Virus record (IMG/VR): IMGVR_UViG_3300003690_000003
Coordinates: 32,001-96,000 of that record
Strand: one strand, 5' to 3'
Source: a virus
DNA: 64,000 nt
Shown: positions 1 to 8,695 of the stretch, piece by piece
How positions within the stretch are numbered: position 1 is the stretch's first letter
Layout: each line of letters begins with the position of its first letter
Translations under genes and position numbers: made by a program
Notes under the pieces: generated by a model
The model's input: only the letters and a program-made list of their open reading frames with translations
What the model was told of the DNA's origin: nothing
Database searches by the model: none

Positions 1-1582
1 GGGGGATGGAGAACTGAGACTTCTCGTCAAGACCTTTTGCGGATTTGAGGACTAGCTCGTAAAAGTCGTTGGGATTGGCTTTCGCCCACGCAACAAAGTT
101 TTGTTGTTCAATGTCGTTAAGCCCCGCCAGGGTTCCCTCCTGGGCCATGGTCAACCTTTCAGCCGCCGATTTTTGCGCTTTCTCGCCAGAAGCCTTCGAG
201 TATGCAAAGCCGCCCGTACTAAAACGACCAGAAATGCGTGACAACTGAGGGACCGCTTTGGTAAAGGCGTGGTGAAGGATCCTGGATGCGACTTCGTATT
301 CCTTTTCGTTAGCTGGGCCCGCTACTAAAACGTCCAAGGCGGCGGCGACGTGGGGCTGTTTAATCTTTAGTTGGCCCGAATGGCCTCCCGCCGGGTCGGG
401 ATCGAGCCCCGTCCACTCTGGACCATTACTGATGCTGATAACCTCGGCATGCTTATACATACTTTTAAGAAGTTCGTGTTGGCTCTGAAGGTATCCAGCC
501 GCGGCTACGATGTAGGGACGTGAAGAGTCCCAAAGTTCTCTGCGGCCGGCCAGAGAGGTCGTAAGATTTGGCGCGGCCTCTCCATCCGGCATTACTTGAG
601 CGTCTTCGCGGAACTTTGGGTGTACCCCTAGCGCAGGCTGAATCTTTATTACTTCCTTCCTGAACCGAGACGCTGCGGTGGCTTCATCCTCGCGCTTTTC
701 GGGGCCGGGCTCGAACTTCCCGACGCGTTGGTAGCCCGGTTCGCCGCGTTTCGGTTTGGGCTGCGCCGGGGAGCCTCGTGAAGTCGAAAGGGCCTGCAGT
801 TGGCTCGGATCGATAACAATAAACTTGCCCACCCAATAAATAAAATTTTCAATGTTGATATTGAATTCATAAAAGGCCACTTGTGACGCGTCCGCGTGTA
901 TCGCCGCAAGCACATAGTCTATCCCGCGATCGGGAAACTTAGATATATGATTTGCAAGATTTTTAAGGGATCCCTTGATGGGGGTTTTCCCTTTTCCGCC
1001 GGTGAGTCTTTTAAGTGAGACGGGATCGCCGGCGCCACCTTCGTAGTCAACGATAGGAAGAGTGCCGCCCGTCTCATCGCTGTTCTCTATAATCTGCCTT
1101 CCTTTCATAAGGCCCGCAAGAAAAGCTTCCAAAAGGAACCCGCTTCCGGACGGAGAATAATCTTTAAAAACCTCTGACATACACTTAAGAAAGGTTACGA
1201 AAGATAAAATCTCATCGACCGAGCGCGTCTCGTCATATTCCGTCATGAAGAGCTTTACATTGTTGAGCTTTTCTCGGAGAGTTCTCCCCCCAACGCCGCT
1301 CATGGAACGTATAAATGCCTGGCGTGTTTTATTTTTGTCTTTTATCTCGCCAATCTCTTCGGTAATATTGGGAGTATAGATGGTGTCAAAGAACTTAGCA
1401 GCAGAAAAATCTTTTATTCCTTCCGTGAGAAGGGTTGGGTCCCGGTTCTCTACTATCGGAAGGCCGGCCTCTTCCATTGAATTCATCACTTTCTCAATCA
1501 GGCCGGCGAGATTCTCGAAACCAAAGATGTCCTCCCTCTCTTCGAAGTGACTCTCCACTATTTGATCAAAGTCGTTAGTCAT
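1..1582 (-). CDS. Large hypothetical protein (>520 aa, runs off the left edge), possibly an internal virion protein
   Basis: Not in the ORF track because no stop falls inside the window. My translation from ATG 1582 (MTNDFDQIVESHFEERED...) stays open to the edge. It has an AGGAG SD and an upstream CTAATTA motif. Confidence 0.75.
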   Translation of the reverse strand, partial: MTNDFDQIVESHFEEREDIFGFENLAGLIEKVMNSMEEAGLPIVENRDPTLLTEGIKDFSAAKFFDTIYTPNITEEIGEIKDKNKTRQAFIRSMSGVGGRTLREKLNNVKLFMTEYDETRSVDEILSFVTFLKCMSEVFKDYSPSGSGFLLEAFLAGLMKGRQIIENSDETGGTLPIVDYEGGAGDPVSLKRLTGGKGKTPIKGSLKNLANHISKFPDRGIDYVLAAIHADASQVAFYEFNINIENFIYWVGKFIVIDPSQLQALSTSRGSPAQPKPKRGEPGYQRVGKFEPGPEKREDEATAASRFRKEVIKIQPALGVHPKFREDAQVMPDGEAAPNLTTSLAGRRELWDSSRPYIVAAAGYLQSQHELLKSMYKHAEVISISNGPEWTGLDPDPAGGHSGQLKIKQPHVAAALDVLVAGPANEKEYEVASRILHHAFTKAVPQLSRISGRFSTGGFAYSKASGEKAQKSAAERLTMAQEGTLAGLNDIEQQNFVAWAKANPNDFYELVLKSAKGLDEKSQFSIP

Positions 1583-1602
1583 AATGTAAACTCCTGATAT
1601 AA

Positions 1603-2196
1603 TTAGACGATTATGTCTGCAATACCCATTTCAACTGCTTCTTCTGCGCTGAAGTATGCATCAAGGTTTTTAGAAACGATTTTCTTTATCCGCTTCATTG
1701 TTAGATTGCTCTCTTCGACGAGCGCCTCAAACATCATTTGTTCTAAAGTTTCGGCTTCCTTAAAACCAGCCTCGATACTATGTAAACTTCCACTTTCTCC
1801 GGTTAAAACGCGATGTAACATGATGCGGCAATGTTTGCCAATCCTTCGGTTGCCTTTGGTACCGGCCGCCAACAATAAAACACCAGCTGACATTACTTTG
1901 CCCATCCCACATGTGTGAATGGGGCACTCTTCTCGAACCATTCGCATCATATCATAGATTGCAAACATTTCGGCAACATTCCCACCTCCCGTCGCAATGT
2001 AAAAATCAACCGGTAAAAGCGGTATAATGCCATCTTCATCGGGGAGACCCTCTCGCGTGTGATGGTAGTGAAGAAGTCCTATTAAAAACTCTTGAGTATT
2101 TTCTTCGTTAACATCTCCGTAAAGCCCCAGCACTCTTGGTTCAAGAAGTTCAGGCGCCTCGAGTTCGAATTCTATTACCGGTTCTTCGTTATTCAT
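1603..2196 (-). CDS. clpP: ClpP-family protease (copy 1)
   Basis: YIATGGGNV, GKVMSAGVLLLAAGTKGNR (Ser), RIMLH (His), DAYFSAEEAVEMGIADII (Asp). Confidence 0.9.
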   Translation of the reverse strand: MNNEEPVIEFELEAPELLEPRVLGLYGDVNEENTQEFLIGLLHYHHTREGLPDEDGIIPLLPVDFYIATGGGNVAEMFAIYDMMRMVREECPIHTCGMGKVMSAGVLLLAAGTKGNRRIGKHCRIMLHRVLTGESGSLHSIEAGFKEAETLEQMMFEALVEESNLTMKRIKKIVSKNLDAYFSAEEAVEMGIADIIV

Positions 2197-2199
2197 TGA

Positions 2200-2670
2200 T
2201 TAACTTTCCTTTCTTTCTTGCGTCATCTCGTCGAGCCGCTGCATTGCCTCTCTCCAACTTGTAAAGTTGGTGACAAAAGAAAAAGCTCGGGGAGAGTTCA
2301 CGAGAATAGTCTGTATAACTGAGTTTTTCCAGTTAGCAATAATCTCGTTGTCTACTTTCTGAAAATCTCGAATCTGCTGCTTCGTAAAATCGCATTTTCG
2401 TAGATGACTGTACTTTATTTCCGTGATAAATGAAACATCTTCATGTATTTTGGCGCACATTAAAAGACAGCAGTATATAGTTTTCTCTACGACGTGAGCT
2501 GCATGCGATACTTCAAAAAACTGAGTGGCAAATTTACAGGAGAACACTCCAAAAAAATAAACACAAACTATCACTGCAATTTGAATGCCAGTCAAGTCCA
2601 TGTTATCTCCAAAAAAAACCGCGGGGACTACCCACGGTTTTATTATAGCAGCTTTTGTTTTATTTATCAA
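2200..2670 (-). CDS. Hypothetical membrane protein
   Basis: Hydrophobic stretch IAVIVCVYFFGVF; the real start is probably MDLTG (~2601) after a GGAG SD. Confidence 0.6.
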   Translation of the reverse strand: MINKTKAAIIKPWVVPAVFFGDNMDLTGIQIAVIVCVYFFGVFSCKFATQFFEVSHAAHVVEKTIYCCLLMCAKIHEDVSFITEIKYSHLRKCDFTKQQIRDFQKVDNEIIANWKNSVIQTILVNSPRAFSFVTNFTSWREAMQRLDEMTQERKES

Positions 2671-2676
2671 TCAATA

Positions 2677-3660
2677 TTATTTTTTATTCCGCAAAGCCTC
2701 GCGAACGATTCGCTTAGCGACGCGCTTAGTAATCTTATTAATCATTTCTTGAAGTGGTAAATCAAGCTCTTCTTCCTCTTCAACATCAACATCTAGTTCT
2801 TCACCGCTGTCGAGAGGTAGCTCAACTTCTTCCTCTTCCTCTTGATCTACTTCGACTTCATCTCCTAGAACGTCTTCGAGAGCTATTTCAAGCGCAGCTA
2901 AGAAATCATCAACGCTGATTTCTCGGCCACCAGAGGGTTCCTCCAGATCGAGTCCAGCGTCCTCAAGATCCTCTTCGGCATCTAGATCAAGGTCATCAGC
3001 ACGTTCTAGATCAGCTGCGTCTTCCAAATCATCGAGCTCTTCGTCTTCCAGCTCGCCTTCCCGAAGGCGCGCTCCGGGGCGCTCATCATCAGGATGTCCA
3101 TAACCTGCGGCGCCTTCGCCGCGACCTCGACCATGAGATTCTTGCTGTTGCTGCGGAAGCTTCGGCTTCGGGAGCTTTCCCAGCTGGGCCTGCACGTCCG
3201 GTCTTCGCGGCCCTTTCAGCGCCGGGCTCGAACCCTCCGGGGCAGGAGCCGGCGGAAGATCGGGGATGGTGGCAGCACCTTCGCCACCGCCGCCCTTTCG
3301 AAGGCCGCCGCTTCCGGCTACCCCTCTGGGCTTGGTGGAAACTCCCTTCAACTCGGGGCGGGAAGCCTGCAGGGCGCCCTTCACCTCGGGAGAAAGTTCG
3401 GCTGCGTCTTCCGGAAAAGCTTCATTAACATATGCTTCGTCACCCTTCTTCTCGCCGCGGCCTTTACCAGAATGAGTTAAGTCCTGACCTTTGGTCGGGC
3501 TCTCGTCGGCCGGGCCGCCGGCTTCAGTCTCTTGACCCTTTTTAAAAGCAGCCTTCTCTGTCAGGCCGTGAACAAAGCCAGGCGTCAGAGGGGTTAGATT
3601 GGCCAGCTTCATGAACTGACGAACTTGAGCTTCGGTCAGTAGATTATCATTTTTACTCAT
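2677..3660 (-). CDS. Acidic, low-complexity protein; probable prohead core/internal head protein
   Basis: D/E-rich C-half, many L/V-x-E motifs (LTE, VNE, LRE, LQE), late-type motif upstream. Confidence 0.55.
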   Translation of the reverse strand: MSKNDNLLTEAQVRQFMKLANLTPLTPGFVHGLTEKAAFKKGQETEAGGPADESPTKGQDLTHSGKGRGEKKGDEAYVNEAFPEDAAELSPEVKGALQASRPELKGVSTKPRGVAGSGGLRKGGGGEGAATIPDLPPAPAPEGSSPALKGPRRPDVQAQLGKLPKPKLPQQQQESHGRGRGEGAAGYGHPDDERPGARLREGELEDEELDDLEDAADLERADDLDLDAEEDLEDAGLDLEEPSGGREISVDDFLAALEIALEDVLGDEVEVDQEEEEEVELPLDSGEELDVDVEEEEELDLPLQEMINKITKRVAKRIVREALRNKK

Positions 3661-3716
3661 TACACTATTCTCCTAAGCAAAAGAGTCGTATTACACGTGC
3701 TTGTCGCTACATTTAA

Positions 3717-3956
3717 TTAGTATCTATCGAACATAACGACGCTTTTTATTTTCTTCAAAGTTCCATCGACAATCTGTTTTGCGCGTACAATACTGATATG
3801 ATGTCGCGCAGCTACCTCCTTCAGCGTCATCGGTCCATGTTTATGGATCGCTATAAGGGTACAGTTCTGGTCCTCGGGATAATCAATCCACATCCGACAG
3901 TCCTTTTCAACACAACACTTTTTAGCGACTAAACATTCTTTACTACATTCTCTCAT
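3717..3956 (-). CDS. Small Cys-rich protein with a sigma70 region 4-like HTH
   Basis: GPMTLKEVAARHHISIVRAKQIVDGTLKKIK resembles the sigma region 4.2 pattern TLxEVG....VTRERIRQIExKALxKL. Confidence 0.65.
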   Translation of the reverse strand: MRECSKECLVAKKCCVEKDCRMWIDYPEDQNCTLIAIHKHGPMTLKEVAARHHISIVRAKQIVDGTLKKIKSVVMFDRY

Positions 3957-4348
3957 CTTCTGTTCCTCTGCAGCAAATATTCTCTCACATGCTGCGCTAT
4001 TCTCTTATCATCAAAACGACGAAGACCTGCATTCCACACCACTGTTTGGTATGGGATTTCATGTGCATCATCGGGCGTTACAATAAAAAGAGAAGGATAA
4101 CCTCTGTAGTTACACCCAAACTCTTTTTTAAATCCATGGCTTAAAATGCCGCGGCCACCAGTACTTTCTGCCTCTATTATATAGAATTCACAACAATCTT
4201 TAAGTCTTTCTTGAAGCTTTTTATATACTGGTTTGAAAAAAGCACATACATCGCATTCAAGTGATACTATCAATAGTATGGCCGCTGACGATTGATTTTT
4301 GGCCTCGCGTAACAGCTTTAGATCTTTAACCTTGCGCAGTTCTCTCAT
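3953..4348 (-). CDS. Thioredoxin-like protein
   Basis: CDVC motif followed by FKPVY, and the cis-Pro region GYPSLF. Confidence 0.7.
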   Translation of the reverse strand: MRELRKVKDLKLLREAKNQSSAAILLIVSLECDVCAFFKPVYKKLQERLKDCCEFYIIEAESTGGRGILSHGFKKEFGCNYRGYPSLFIVTPDDAHEIPYQTVVWNAGLRRFDDKRIAQHVREYLLQRNRR

Positions 4349-4665
4349 AGTTCTGGTATCTCCTCTTCTATCAAATCAAATATGTTCTCTACATCTTCCT
4401 CTGTAATCCCCAACCTCTTCATTAAATCTTGCCCAGTTTTTCTGAGTGCTGCTGATTTTTTTATATTAGCTTTGGACTGTAGCTTTTCGTCCGTTTTATA
4501 GAAATCGAGAAACTCCATAAACTTTTCATTCTTATCTAAATAGGAAAGAACGCAAGCTCGAAAAAATTCACTCTGTGTTTTAAATCCATCGTAATGTATT
4601 CTTATTTTAAAGTCCTCGTGTAACCGAGGATGCAGGAAAAAAGCTATGCTTGCCAGATCTTTCAT
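4345..4665 (-). CDS. Hypothetical protein, possible ribbon-helix-helix DNA binder
   Basis: N-terminal beta-helix-helix pattern (IAFFL...LHEDFK...TQSEFFRACV). Confidence 0.45.
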   Translation of the reverse strand: MKDLASIAFFLHPRLHEDFKIRIHYDGFKTQSEFFRACVLSYLDKNEKFMEFLDFYKTDEKLQSKANIKKSAALRKTGQDLMKRLGITEEDVENIFDLIEEEIPEL

Positions 4666-5696
4666 CGGTTTAATATATGAGTTGAACTTTCAACTTGGCC
4701 CGCGGAAGACTGAATAACAAACTGCGCTCTTTCCTGTAACTCTAAAATAGTCCGGGCGCCCGAGTATGACAGACCGCTACAAATTCCTCTCTTTAAATCT
4801 TGTAGTGTGATCTTTACGCCGCCGCGATATCGAACCGCTGTAGATATTCCTTCCAGTGAAGACGCTTTACCTCGCCAATCGATTTGAGCATCTTTGCTGG
4901 CCATTCCTCGGTAGGTTTTAAACTTGCCTTTGGCTGTTTCAAACACTTCGCCTGGGCATTCATTTGTGCCGGCGAGAAGAGACCCAACCATTATAAAATC
5001 CGCTCCACAGGCGAGAGCTTTAACAATATCTCCGGAGTTTTTAATTCCACCATCGGCAATAACTTTTACATTTTTAAATCGTCCCGCTTGTTTTGCAATA
5101 CGAGTTGCCAAGATTGATTCCAGTGTTGGGATTCCATGTCCTGTTTGAACACGGGTGGAACATATACTACCCCCTCCGATACCGATGCGCACGCTGTTTG
5201 CTCCCCATGTAGCTAAATCTCCAAAACCTTCGAAGGTCGCAACATTCCCCGCCATCAGATGAACTGCGTCCCCAAATGCTTGCCGAAGTTCGCGGAGAGC
5301 ATTCTTTACATGAAGATGATGACCGTGCGCCACGTCGATACATAGAATGCGTACCCCCGCCTCATATAAAGCTCTCGCGCGGTCCAAGTAATCTCCAGAT
5401 ACTCCGATTGCGGCGCCGGCGCGACCCCCCCTTAGTTTGATGACTTCCTCGGCCATTTGAGACTGCACTTCGATCGTATTATAACGATGTAAAATCGCGA
5501 GCGCTCCATTAGAACTCATAGCAATACCCATTTTCGTTTCAGATATGGTATCCATTGGGCTAGCTATGATTGGTAAATCAAAATGATTCTGTTGATCTAG
5601 CTCATTTTCTATACATATTTCAGTTCGTGATCCAATATCAGAATATTGAGGTACTAATAATATATCGTCATATGATAAAGCCTGCTTAAGTTGCAT
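4662..5696 (-). CDS. IMPDH/GMP reductase family enzyme (no CBS domains)
   Basis: LSYDDILLVP, PIIASPMDT, IDVAHGH, GNVAT, GIGGGSICSTR (catalytic Cys), IADGGI, YRGMAS. Confidence 0.92.
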   Translation of the reverse strand: MQLKQALSYDDILLVPQYSDIGSRTEICIENELDQQNHFDLPIIASPMDTISETKMGIAMSSNGALAILHRYNTIEVQSQMAEEVIKLRGGRAGAAIGVSGDYLDRARALYEAGVRILCIDVAHGHHLHVKNALRELRQAFGDAVHLMAGNVATFEGFGDLATWGANSVRIGIGGGSICSTRVQTGHGIPTLESILATRIAKQAGRFKNVKVIADGGIKNSGDIVKALACGADFIMVGSLLAGTNECPGEVFETAKGKFKTYRGMASKDAQIDWRGKASSLEGISTAVRYRGGVKITLQDLKRGICSGLSYSGARTILELQERAQFVIQSSAGQVESSTHILNR

Positions 5697-5949
5697 TTGT
5701 TTCTCCTATACTATTTTCAACTCTCTGCCAACAGAAGGGACACGTAAGACGAACGATCTTTCTCTCCTCAAACGTTACCACATGCCAAGTTTGTGCCATC
5801 TCTTTACTCTTTTTATCAAACTCTGTTTCACATACACAACATTTTTCTGGCATATCCAAAAGCAAACTTGTTCGTCGCTGAAGTACCTCCTGGGTCTTCT
5901 TGCGTTCCTTCTTACGCTGGGCGCTATTGAACTTTCTTATCTTAGGCAT
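5686..5949 (-). CDS. Small basic zinc-finger protein
   Basis: CCVC...CPFC, K/R-rich N-terminus. Confidence 0.6.
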   Translation of the reverse strand: MPKIRKFNSAQRKKERKKTQEVLQRRTSLLLDMPEKCCVCETEFDKKSKEMAQTWHVVTFEERKIVRLTCPFCWQRVENSIGETNAT

Positions 5950-5951
5950 TC

Positions 5952-6485
5952 TTATGGTCTTTCCATGGGATAGAAATCTGGTGCCAAAGCAACTGGCGGC
6001 TTATAAAGGGTATTCGAATGAAATACGACTACCGCCGAAGGGAAAGGCGCAGCATTCTCTGAGTCTCCGAACTTTAGTCTGCCGCGTACCAAATGGACTT
6101 CTTTGGCCTTCATTACATAATCATGCCACCACTTGGTATCTGTTCTCGAAGGAATTAACATCACCACTACCGTATTGTGTTTCTTAGACTCTTCATAGCC
6201 TTTCTTAAGCCACACTCCGATGCCTCGACCGTAAGGAGGATTAACAAAAACTGTATGTCCTTTCCAATCCTGTGTGAGGCCGTCATCTTCTTCTGTGAAA
6301 TATTTATCACATTTGGTGTTCGTTGCTGTTGCACATGGATCCAAAGTGAAGTTGAACTGTTCGTCTAGTTTATCAAAAAGAGCCTGCGGGGTTTCCCACT
6401 CGCCATTTCCCGAACTAAATCCTACGGCACCCTTGGATTGACTCCACAAGTTTCCCTTAACAAAGTGTGATATTTCAGGTCGCAT
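5952..6485 (-). CDS. Phage N6-adenine DNA methyltransferase (small phage Dam family)
   Basis: WETPQ, FTLDPCA, DGLTQDW, VFVNPPYGR, LIPSRTDTKWW, GRLKF. Confidence 0.92.
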   Translation of the reverse strand: MRPEISHFVKGNLWSQSKGAVGFSSGNGEWETPQALFDKLDEQFNFTLDPCATATNTKCDKYFTEEDDGLTQDWKGHTVFVNPPYGRGIGVWLKKGYEESKKHNTVVVMLIPSRTDTKWWHDYVMKAKEVHLVRGRLKFGDSENAAPFPSAVVVFHSNTLYKPPVALAPDFYPMERP

Positions 6486-6939
6486 CTGTACTCCCTAGTG
6501 CGCCATGGCCGCGAGCACTTATGGTAACTGGATATTCATACAGTTCGCCGCCAGTGTTCTCCCATGGTTGGAATGAAACAACTGGTATCATTACAAGTTG
6601 AGCTATTTTTGTTTCCCTCTCAACGAAAGTTACTTCGCTCCCGATGTTATGAAGATTAATAAATACTTCGCCGTCATACCCCGAATCTATAACGCATGCG
6701 CCCACTATAAGGCTGCGCTTGACTGCAATACTCGATCTGTTCTTTACTTCCAGCATGTAGCCATGCGGCACTTCAAATCTTAATCCAGTCTGAAGCAGTG
6801 CACTTTCTCCTGGTTCAATACGGCGCGTTGTCGTAGAAAAATCTTCGGGACAATAATATACGTCTAAGCCTGCATCACTTGGGTGCCCTCTTGTTGGTTT
6901 AATCGCATCGTCTCTTACACGGTGGTACTGTACAATCAT
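6475..6939 (-). CDS. dut: dUTPase (trimeric)
   Basis: DAGLDV, RSSIA, VIDSGYDGE, IAQLV, RGHGALGST. Confidence 0.95.
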   Translation of the reverse strand: MIVQYHRVRDDAIKPTRGHPSDAGLDVYYCPEDFSTTTRRIEPGESALLQTGLRFEVPHGYMLEVKNRSSIAVKRSLIVGACVIDSGYDGEVFINLHNIGSEVTFVERETKIAQLVMIPVVSFQPWENTGGELYEYPVTISARGHGALGSTDAT

Positions 6940-6947
6940 TTTATCTC

Positions 6948-7550
6948 CTATTCAAAATCAATGTTAACGTTAACTGTTATGTTAAACTTGGGTACTCGTA
7001 TTTGACTGGCTAGTCCATGGTTCTTTGCCTCGGCAGCGTCCAAAAACCAGTCAGCATGGCCTCGCTCATGGATAAGATCCAAGAAGTAATCATCTTTCTT
7101 CCCACAGTTTCTAGCCATCATCTTATAAACTGTTTGATTTAATCTTTCTGCTTCTGCTGCATCCGCCTTGATCTCTTCTACCTTGCCCCATACCGATGTC
7201 GAAATATCATGTATCATTAAAGTAGCATCAGGGTCCATAAACCTCATTCCATCGTCCCCAAAAGAAAATAAAATTGCTCCACACGACATGGCTTTCCCTT
7301 CAATAATCGTAGCTACGGGTAGCTCCGCGTGTTTGATAGATGATATCATGGCCATCAGGCTGTAAACCTGACCGCCATATGAATCAACAATAACGGGAAT
7401 AACTGATTGGCCCGTGTTGTGTGCCTCAGATATTTGTGCGGCAAACTCTTTGGCCGCTTTGTTGTTAAACTCGTTCACCCTTGCGACCACCGGTGTTTTC
7501 CGAAGCTCGGTCTCTTTCAGAAGCGGACTACACGTTATTGTTGTCTTCAT
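6948..7550 (-). CDS. clpP: ClpP-family protease (copy 2)
   Basis: VDSYGGQV, GKAMSCGAIL (Ser), LMIHD (His), DWFLDAAEAKNHGLA (Asp). Confidence 0.88.
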   Translation of the reverse strand: MKTTITCSPLLKETELRKTPVVARVNEFNNKAAKEFAAQISEAHNTGQSVIPVIVDSYGGQVYSLMAMISSIKHAELPVATIIEGKAMSCGAILFSFGDDGMRFMDPDATLMIHDISTSVWGKVEEIKADAAEAERLNQTVYKMMARNCGKKDDYFLDLIHERGHADWFLDAAEAKNHGLASQIRVPKFNITVNVNIDFE

Positions 7551-8542
7551 TATATCCTTTCTGGGTTATCTGAAAAATGTAGTTCCAGCTGAGGAAGATA
7601 GAGTTCTAAATAATCTTTCCAGCTGTCTTCGTTTTGTAAATGTATTTCAATACTATTTGTATTATCCATGCGAAATGGCCAGCGGTTTAACTCTCGAAGC
7701 ACATCGACCTTATTTATTACTAAATCAGTTACTCCATTAATTTCTATTGCTTTCTTGAGTAGATTTAAGTTAGTCCAGTTGCATTGGCGTGGGCGCCCCG
7801 TTGTGGCTCCAAACTCCTGCCCCGCTTCTTGGAGCTTATCAAAGATTTCGCCGGCGCCGTGAAACTTCTTAGACCCCACATATGTTTCGTAGGCCTTGGC
7901 CACCCCCCATACCTTTCGTACCGCCGTTGCAGGAATACCATTGAGAAGCGCTCCAGCGGCCGTACAGTGGCTTGAGGTAACGTAAGGGTAGTCACCCCAG
8001 TCTATGTCCAGGCCAAAGCCTTGTGCACCCTCACAGAGGATTAGAGCACATGGATGATCATGAAGTTCTTTATAAAGATCAATGACATAGTCCATAAGGG
8101 CGGGCACCATTTCGGCACGGACGCCCTTCCGCGCATACTTGTCCCGGTAGGCGGGCCCATTGCCTCTCTTGGTGGTGCCGATGATACTTTCCTGCGCATC
8201 TTCTTGTAAATGTTTATCCGTAATAATATGAGCGTTTTTAGCTATCTTTACTAGATCGTTACAGGGAATACCATTCTCTTCCAACATTTCTATTTCTTTA
8301 AAGAACTGTTCCATATTAACCACACATCCAGCCCCAATGATAGACTTTACGCCAAAGAAAACACCGGCCGGTATGTGATGGGTGATGAACTTCTTTTCCT
8401 TGTGGTAAATGGTATGCCCCGCATTGCAGCCACCATTGTAGCGTAGACAAATATTATATGCTCCCTGGCGTAGAAGGTGATGGGCTATTTTCCCCTTCCC
8501 GCAATCGCCGTATTGTAAATCAACTACTATATCTACTATCAT
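7550..8542 (-). CDS. purA: Adenylosuccinate synthetase (short form)
   Basis: QYGDCGKGK, GGCNAGHT, IGTTKRGNGPAY, EGAQG, YPYVTSS, GATTGRPR, NKVD. Confidence 0.93.
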   Translation of the reverse strand: MIVDIVVDLQYGDCGKGKIAHHLLRQGAYNICLRYNGGCNAGHTIYHKEKKFITHHIPAGVFFGVKSIIGAGCVVNMEQFFKEIEMLEENGIPCNDLVKIAKNAHIITDKHLQEDAQESIIGTTKRGNGPAYRDKYARKGVRAEMVPALMDYVIDLYKELHDHPCALILCEGAQGFGLDIDWGDYPYVTSSHCTAAGALLNGIPATAVRKVWGVAKAYETYVGSKKFHGAGEIFDKLQEAGQEFGATTGRPRQCNWTNLNLLKKAIEINGVTDLVINKVDVLRELNRWPFRMDNTNSIEIHLQNEDSWKDYLELYLPQLELHFSDNPERI

Positions 8543-8685
8543 CGTTTTCCTTGACCTCGATATCTCTTCTTGTAATGTTGATTTCCACCATTAGCGCCCG
8601 GGTTCCCGTACTTAGTAAATTTGCTATTCCCGAGACGCGTCTTTTTCTTGGAGCCTTCTTTTTGGCGCTCTTTTTTCTTTGCCAC
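8539..8685 (-). CDS. 48-aa highly basic protein (MAKKKERQK...YKKRYRGQGKR)
   Basis: Manual translation from GTG 8685; fills the DnaE-PurA gap with an ATGA overlap into purA. Confidence 0.7.
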   Translation of the reverse strand: MAKKKERQKEGSKKKTRLGNSKFTKYGNPGANGGNQHYKKRYRGQGKR

Positions 8686-8695
8686 TGTATTTTTC

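Noticed and set aside
649-915. 88-aa ORF from the track
   Set aside because: It lies out of frame inside the long ORF starting at 1582.
7550-8542. PurZ (2-aminoadenine, Z-genome pathway), suggested by a short PurA homolog near polymerases
   Set aside because: It keeps the PurA catalytic Asp (GDCGKG, not GSxGKG), the TTGRPR loop and a GTP-type NKxD motif. No DatZ/MazZ is seen, and two adenine MTases imply ordinary adenine.
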